DNA of 64,000 nt from Spirochaetia bacterium (GTDB lineage: Bacteria > Spirochaetota > Spirochaetia > CADAEX01), in contig OY759746.1 of NCBI GenBank assembly GCA_963662795.1, positions 2,784,001 to 2,848,000 of the forward strand. The letters run 5' to 3'. This document shows, piece by piece, positions 59,534 through 64,000 of this stretch (within the stretch, counting starts at the first letter, position 1; the number at the start of each line of letters is the position of its first letter). The notes under the pieces were generated by a model. That model was not told the DNA's origin. It saw only the letters and a program-made list of their open reading frames with translations, and searched no databases. The position numbers and the translations under genes were made by a program.

Positions 59534-60553
59534 ATGAGAAATACATTTTCACTTTCCATGGCAGATGATAATAATCTGCCTGAGCCCTGTGAAGGGCATT
59601 CTTTTCTTCAGAGCAGGCAGTGGGCCCTTCTTAAAGCCTCATTCGGCTGGAAACCTCTCTATCTTTCCCTGGACGGGAAAAGTCTGATAATTCTTATAAG
59701 AGAATTCCTGCCCGGCTTTTCTTTAGCCTATGTTCCTCATGCACCGGATGAAAGTTACAGAGAATCACTTGAAGATATCTCACTTGTCGTCAGAAAGTAT
59801 CTGCCGGGGGGCTGTATTTTTATACGCTACGATCTTATCTGGAATAAAGGGAATTCTCCCCTCACACCATTTGTAAAATCGGTTTCCGATATTCAGCCCC
59901 CTTCAACTGTGATAATAGACCTTTCCGGAAACAAAGAGAGCCTGCTTGCGGGAATGAAGAGTAAAACCCGCTATAATATAAAGCTTTCGGCAAAAAAAGG
60001 GGTATCTGTCCGCAGGTACGGAGCGGAACTTCTGGATAAGTGGTATGATATTTACAGAGAAACCGGAGAAAGGGATAAAATATCGCTCCATTCTTATGCT
60101 TATTACAGGAAAATATTCGAAATTGCCGGGAATCCTTCACTTCAGGGTGATTCACCAATAGACATAAGACTTTATATGGCAGAAACGGAAGGGCAGTTTA
60201 TTGCCGGAATAATTACATGTTTTTACAAAGGGAACGCTGTTTACCTTTACGGCGCTTCCGGAAATACAGGCAGGGATAAAATGCCCTCCTATGCCCTTCA
60301 GTGGCAGGCAATATGCGACGCTAAAGATGAGGGGTGCTTAACATATGATATGTTCGGGATACCGCCGGCAGATGACCCCGCTCACCCCATGCACGGACTT
60401 TACAGGTTTAAAACAGGGTTCGGAGGTGTAATTCTTCATATGGCGGGATGTTATGACTTTCCGCTGAATAAATCCAAATACTATTGCTACAGGGTTGCGG
60501 AAAAAGGTAGATATTTTTATTATAAAAGACTCAGGAAGAATAAAATAAAATGA
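59534..60553 (+). CDS. FemABX-family peptidoglycan bridge glycyltransferase
   Basis: FLQS..W...K..FGW, IQP..T..IDL, MKSKTRYNI, YLYGAS, LQW.AI, YD..G, GLYRFK.GFGG. Confidence 0.9.
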   Translation: MRNTFSLSMADDNNLPEPCEGHSFLQSRQWALLKASFGWKPLYLSLDGKSLIILIREFLPGFSLAYVPHAPDESYRESLEDISLVVRKYLPGGCIFIRYDLIWNKGNSPLTPFVKSVSDIQPPSTVIIDLSGNKESLLAGMKSKTRYNIKLSAKKGVSVRRYGAELLDKWYDIYRETGERDKISLHSYAYYRKIFEIAGNPSLQGDSPIDIRLYMAETEGQFIAGIITCFYKGNAVYLYGASGNTGRDKMPSYALQWQAICDAKDEGCLTYDMFGIPPADDPAHPMHGLYRFKTGFGGVILHMAGCYDFPLNKSKYYCYRVAEKGRYFYYKRLRKNKIK

Positions 60554-61926
60554 ACCGTAATGAAAAAGAGTTTGAGGAACTGCAGTCAGCTGTTTCCGAA
60601 CTGGAAAAACAGAACAGACATTATAAGGCGGCTCTGGATAAAAGCTGGTCTGTAATTGAGACAATACTGGAAAGCTCAAATATTCTCTTTACCTGCTTTT
60701 CTGAAAGCGACAGCACATTCTACTGGAACAGGGGATGTGAAAAGCATCTTCTTTATAAAAAGGAAGAACTTGGGGCTTTTATAAAATCATCTGAAGAATG
60801 GGCCGGGTTCCTTAAAAGAAGATTCATTTCCGCTGAAAAAAATAGTGATAAAAACACTTCAAAAGAGAGATCGGATGTTCACAAGACAGGTAAAAACCTG
60901 GTTTTTGACGGAGTTTTCCATGAATATACGGTTGAAGTTAAGGACGGCACTCTTCGTACGCAGATGTGGGCATTTTATAAAGTAAAAAAAGACAGGTTTG
61001 CAGCGGAAGGTTATGACATAACTGATAAAAAGAAAAAGTCACTGGACCTGGAAAAGACAATACTGGAATTCGAAACTCTTTTTAATAATACCTCTATCGG
61101 CATAGCTGAACTTAAGGAAGGGAGAACAATAAAAAAAGTCAACAAAAGGATCTGTGAATATTTCGGCTACAGCGAAGAAGAGCTTACAGGAAAAAGTGTT
61201 GAAATAATACATTTATCAAACAAGAAATATGAGGAATTCGGGAAAAAATATTACAGCACACTTGTTGACGGAAGGGTAATTGAGACTGAATATCAGCTCA
61301 AGGCAAAAGACGGAAGAATACTCTGGTGTTCACTCTATGGTAAGGCTGTAAATCCTCCTCATCTTAATGACGGTATTATATGGGTTGTAGCGGATATTAC
61401 GGAAAAAAAACAGATGCAGGAAGAGCTTCATCTGCTCGCTACAACTGATTCACTTACAGGCGTCTGCAATCACCGGAGTTTTTACGATAAAGCGAAAGAT
61501 GTTTTTAACAGAACTTCGAGATATGGGAAACAATTCAGCGTACTGATGATAGATATAGATAATTTCAAGCAGATAAACGATACATGCGGCCATGATACAG
61601 GAGATAATCTGCTGAAAAAAATGTGTGAAAACTGTAAAACACTTATAAGGGAAATTGATACTTTAGGCAGGGTGGGCGGAGAAGAGTTCTCGGTTATACT
61701 TGAAGAGGTCACTAAACAGGAAGCAATGATTGTCGCCGAAAGGATCAGGAAAAGGCTGGATAATCTTTTGATTGACTGCGGAGCAGGGCACCTTAAATTT
61801 TCTGTAAGCATTGGTGTTTCCGGATATACTTCAGATGATGTGTCTTTTTCCGATGTAATAAAAAGGGCAGATAATGCACTCTATGAAGCTAAAAGAAGCG
61901 GCCGGAACAGGGTCGTTTTTAACTGA
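60550..61926 (+). CDS. PAS-domain diguanylate cyclase
   Basis: PAS/PAC (KDG...W...DITEKK), TDSLTG..N, DIDNFK.INDT.GH..GD, RxxD I-site (REID), GGEEF. Confidence 0.94.
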   Translation: MNRNEKEFEELQSAVSELEKQNRHYKAALDKSWSVIETILESSNILFTCFSESDSTFYWNRGCEKHLLYKKEELGAFIKSSEEWAGFLKRRFISAEKNSDKNTSKERSDVHKTGKNLVFDGVFHEYTVEVKDGTLRTQMWAFYKVKKDRFAAEGYDITDKKKKSLDLEKTILEFETLFNNTSIGIAELKEGRTIKKVNKRICEYFGYSEEELTGKSVEIIHLSNKKYEEFGKKYYSTLVDGRVIETEYQLKAKDGRILWCSLYGKAVNPPHLNDGIIWVVADITEKKQMQEELHLLATTDSLTGVCNHRSFYDKAKDVFNRTSRYGKQFSVLMIDIDNFKQINDTCGHDTGDNLLKKMCENCKTLIREIDTLGRVGGEEFSVILEEVTKQEAMIVAERIRKRLDNLLIDCGAGHLKFSVSIGVSGYTSDDVSFSDVIKRADNALYEAKRSGRNRVVFN

Positions 61927-61931
61927 CTTCC

Positions 61932-63329
61932 TTAAAAAGAATCAACGATATTTTTAAATGTATCTCCCCTGTCGAATTCATTTTTAAACATACCGAAAGA
62001 TGTGCATCCCGGAGACATTATTACAGTATCTCCTTCTCTGCTTTGTGAAAAAGCCTTTTCAGCTGCCTCTGAAAGGGAATTAAACGGCCCGCACCAGGCG
62101 ATATTATATTTATCCAGAAAAGGGATCATTTTATCGGTCGCGCTTCCTTCCAGCAGATAAATCATTTCTGTCTTTCCGGCAAGCCTTTCCAGAACACTGA
62201 AATCAAGTTTTTTGTCTGTTCCTCCCGATATAAGCCTTACCGGAGATTTAAAGCTTTCAGCAGCTGCTATTACTGCTTCAGGTATTGTAGCTGTTGTATC
62301 ATTATAAAAAGTTATCCCTTTTTTTGTGCAGATATACTCCATTCTGTGGGGTATGCCCCTGAAGGAAGCAAGTTTTTTCTCAATAACTGAAGCTTCAATG
62401 CCGTAAAGGTATGCCGCGGCACCTGAGGCAAGGAGATTCAGCCTGTTATGCCGGCCTTGCATGAGTATATTCTCACCAATAAGCCTCTCTTTTTTCCCGG
62501 CCAGGCGGATAAAACCTTCATCGTTTTTTTCAAGCCATGCGCCGTCCATCCCGACGGGCAGTCTCTCAGCCGAAAAAAAGAGTGCTTTTGCCGGAGTTTC
62601 TGCCGCAAACTTTTTTCCCCACTCATCATCATAAAAGCAGAGAGTATAATCTTTTTTTCCCTGGTCATGGTATATAAGTTTTTTATCGGCTGCGTATTCT
62701 TCCATGCCCATGTACCGGTTCAGGTGATCGGGGAGAATATTGGTTATGACTGAAACTGCCGGTTTCAATACATTTTTACCGGCAAGGTCCGCAAGCTGCC
62801 AGGATGAAAGCTCAAGTACTATCGGACTGCTTTTATCTGTCTCAAGGCTTTCAATAAAGGAAAGAGGAGAGGTTGTGATATTGCCGCCGAGTTTCGCCCC
62901 GGGATGAATTTCCTTTATCACATGGTAAAGGGCTGATACAGTTGTTGATTTTCCCTTGCTTCCTGTTACAGCTATTACAGGATTTGAAGAAAGTGTAAGG
63001 AATATGGAAATATCTGTTTCAATCCTTTTCGCATCCTGAAGCCATGGCGAATCCGCCGGCACTGCCGGATTTTTAATTACGATATCCGCCCCGGTAAAAT
63101 CCTCTCTCACATGTTTTTCAAGCACATATCTGATATTGTATCCGGAAAGCTTATCAATTGTGGCTTTCAGTATTTCCCTGCTTCTTAAGTCAGTTACAGT
63201 TACATCCGCGCCTCTTGAAGCGAAGAATTCCGCGGACGCAAAACCACCGCCGTTAAGTCCAAGTCCCATTACAGTAACTTTAAGTTCCCTTATCTCTTTA
63301 TTAAGGAAAATATCAGATTTTAAGTTCAT
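61932..63329 (-). CDS. murD: UDP-N-acetylmuramoyl-L-alanine--D-glutamate ligase
   Basis: VMGLG, AVTGSKGKSTT, GGNI, LELSSWQL, DHLNRY, PHRME, YND..AT, SPG..SF.MFKN...RG..F. Confidence 0.96.
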   Translation of the reverse strand: MNLKSDIFLNKEIRELKVTVMGLGLNGGGFASAEFFASRGADVTVTDLRSREILKATIDKLSGYNIRYVLEKHVREDFTGADIVIKNPAVPADSPWLQDAKRIETDISIFLTLSSNPVIAVTGSKGKSTTVSALYHVIKEIHPGAKLGGNITTSPLSFIESLETDKSSPIVLELSSWQLADLAGKNVLKPAVSVITNILPDHLNRYMGMEEYAADKKLIYHDQGKKDYTLCFYDDEWGKKFAAETPAKALFFSAERLPVGMDGAWLEKNDEGFIRLAGKKERLIGENILMQGRHNRLNLLASGAAAYLYGIEASVIEKKLASFRGIPHRMEYICTKKGITFYNDTTATIPEAVIAAAESFKSPVRLISGGTDKKLDFSVLERLAGKTEMIYLLEGSATDKMIPFLDKYNIAWCGPFNSLSEAAEKAFSQSREGDTVIMSPGCTSFGMFKNEFDRGDTFKNIVDSF

Positions 63330-64000
63330 ATTCTTTCATTCCACGGTTGTTTAAATATCTTCGTATTTCGAGGGATTTAAAATCCTGATACCACTCGCTG
63401 TTGATTTTTTTCTTCAATTTTTTGTAAAGTTCCATTTCAGGAGAAAAAGTGGAAATTTTAAATTCTTCTTCAATATCTCTCATATAAGGCTCAAGAAAAT
63501 TAAATGATCTGTCAAGTATCTTTATATTTTTTATCCTTGCATCCGGAGAGAAAGTCATCGGAACATGGGATATTGTCCGGTATTTACAGACAAACGGGTA
63601 ATAAGGGTATGAGAGAAAATCATCCTGAAGAAAAAGCTTTGTAAAAAACCTTGTCAGTTCGCTGTCCATCCAGATACCCTGTATAAAATATCCTCTCCCT
63701 GTTTCACCTATCCATGTCTGCGAAATTGACTGTTTTATAATAAAATCCAGCCTGCCGTATTCCTTTTCAACAACTTTTTCTACAGGCAGTATATTGACAT
63801 CAAGAAACAGATTCTGCGTGGTAAATGTATGGGTTATATCGTTTCCCCCCATTTCGCTGATCTCGCAGTCGTGAGGCTTGAAGGAAAGATCAAGCCTCAC
63901 AAGATAAAGATAATCACGCCCTTCAATATTATAAGATTTATAGAAAACCGGCCGAAGAAGTTCTGCCGGATCGAAGTAGTACTTTGTATCCTTCAATATT
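63313..64000 (-). CDS. Hypothetical protein, probably 5'-truncated by the window edge
   Basis: Frame is open to the window end and overlaps the murD start. Confidence 0.7.
   Translation of the reverse strand, partial: ILKDTKYYFDPAELLRPVFYKSYNIEGRDYLYLVRLDLSFKPHDCEISEMGGNDITHTFTTQNLFLDVNILPVEKVVEKEYGRLDFIIKQSISQTWIGETGRGYFIQGIWMDSELTRFFTKLFLQDDFLSYPYYPFVCKYRTISHVPMTFSPDARIKNIKILDRSFNFLEPYMRDIEEEFKISTFSPEMELYKKLKKKINSEWYQDFKSLEIRRYLNNRGMKEYELKI

Overview
Chromosomal segment of a spirochaete (Spirochaetia). The assignment rests on FlaB flagellin, a Borrelia P83/100-family protein, spirochaete-type RpoD and FemX-like genes. Most of the window is conserved housekeeping backbone: trmD(partial)-rplS-FliK-like-FlhB-like-HD-GYP-yraN; coaD-rpmF-acpP-rnc; cca; flaB; thiN; map with tRNA-Thr and tRNA-Tyr; mltG-dnaG-rpoD-zinc ribbon-rnpB; TPR-mreBCD-mrdA-rodA-radical SAM; mazG; ABC-F; two RNA methyltransferases; hflKC; metG-femX-like-diguanylate cyclase; murD. 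One accessory block lies at about 38.4-47.5 kb. It holds a TRAP transporter whose dctQ is split by an intact IS1182-family element, a phosphonate-associated-type Zn alcohol dehydrogenase, a frameshifted chemoreceptor-like gene lacking the signalling tip, and a LysR regulator. I found no CRISPR array, prophage, integrase or obvious defence system. The best candidates for undescribed biology are: (i) a ~1350-aa protein with a putative barrel, eight FSPNxDG Ig-like repeats and an OmpA domain; (ii) the tipless receptor/TRAP/dehydrogenase block; (iii) an unannotated FlgM-like micro-ORF in a FliK-like/FlhB-like/HD-GYP cluster. All family assignments come from motif recognition by eye, and no searches were run.
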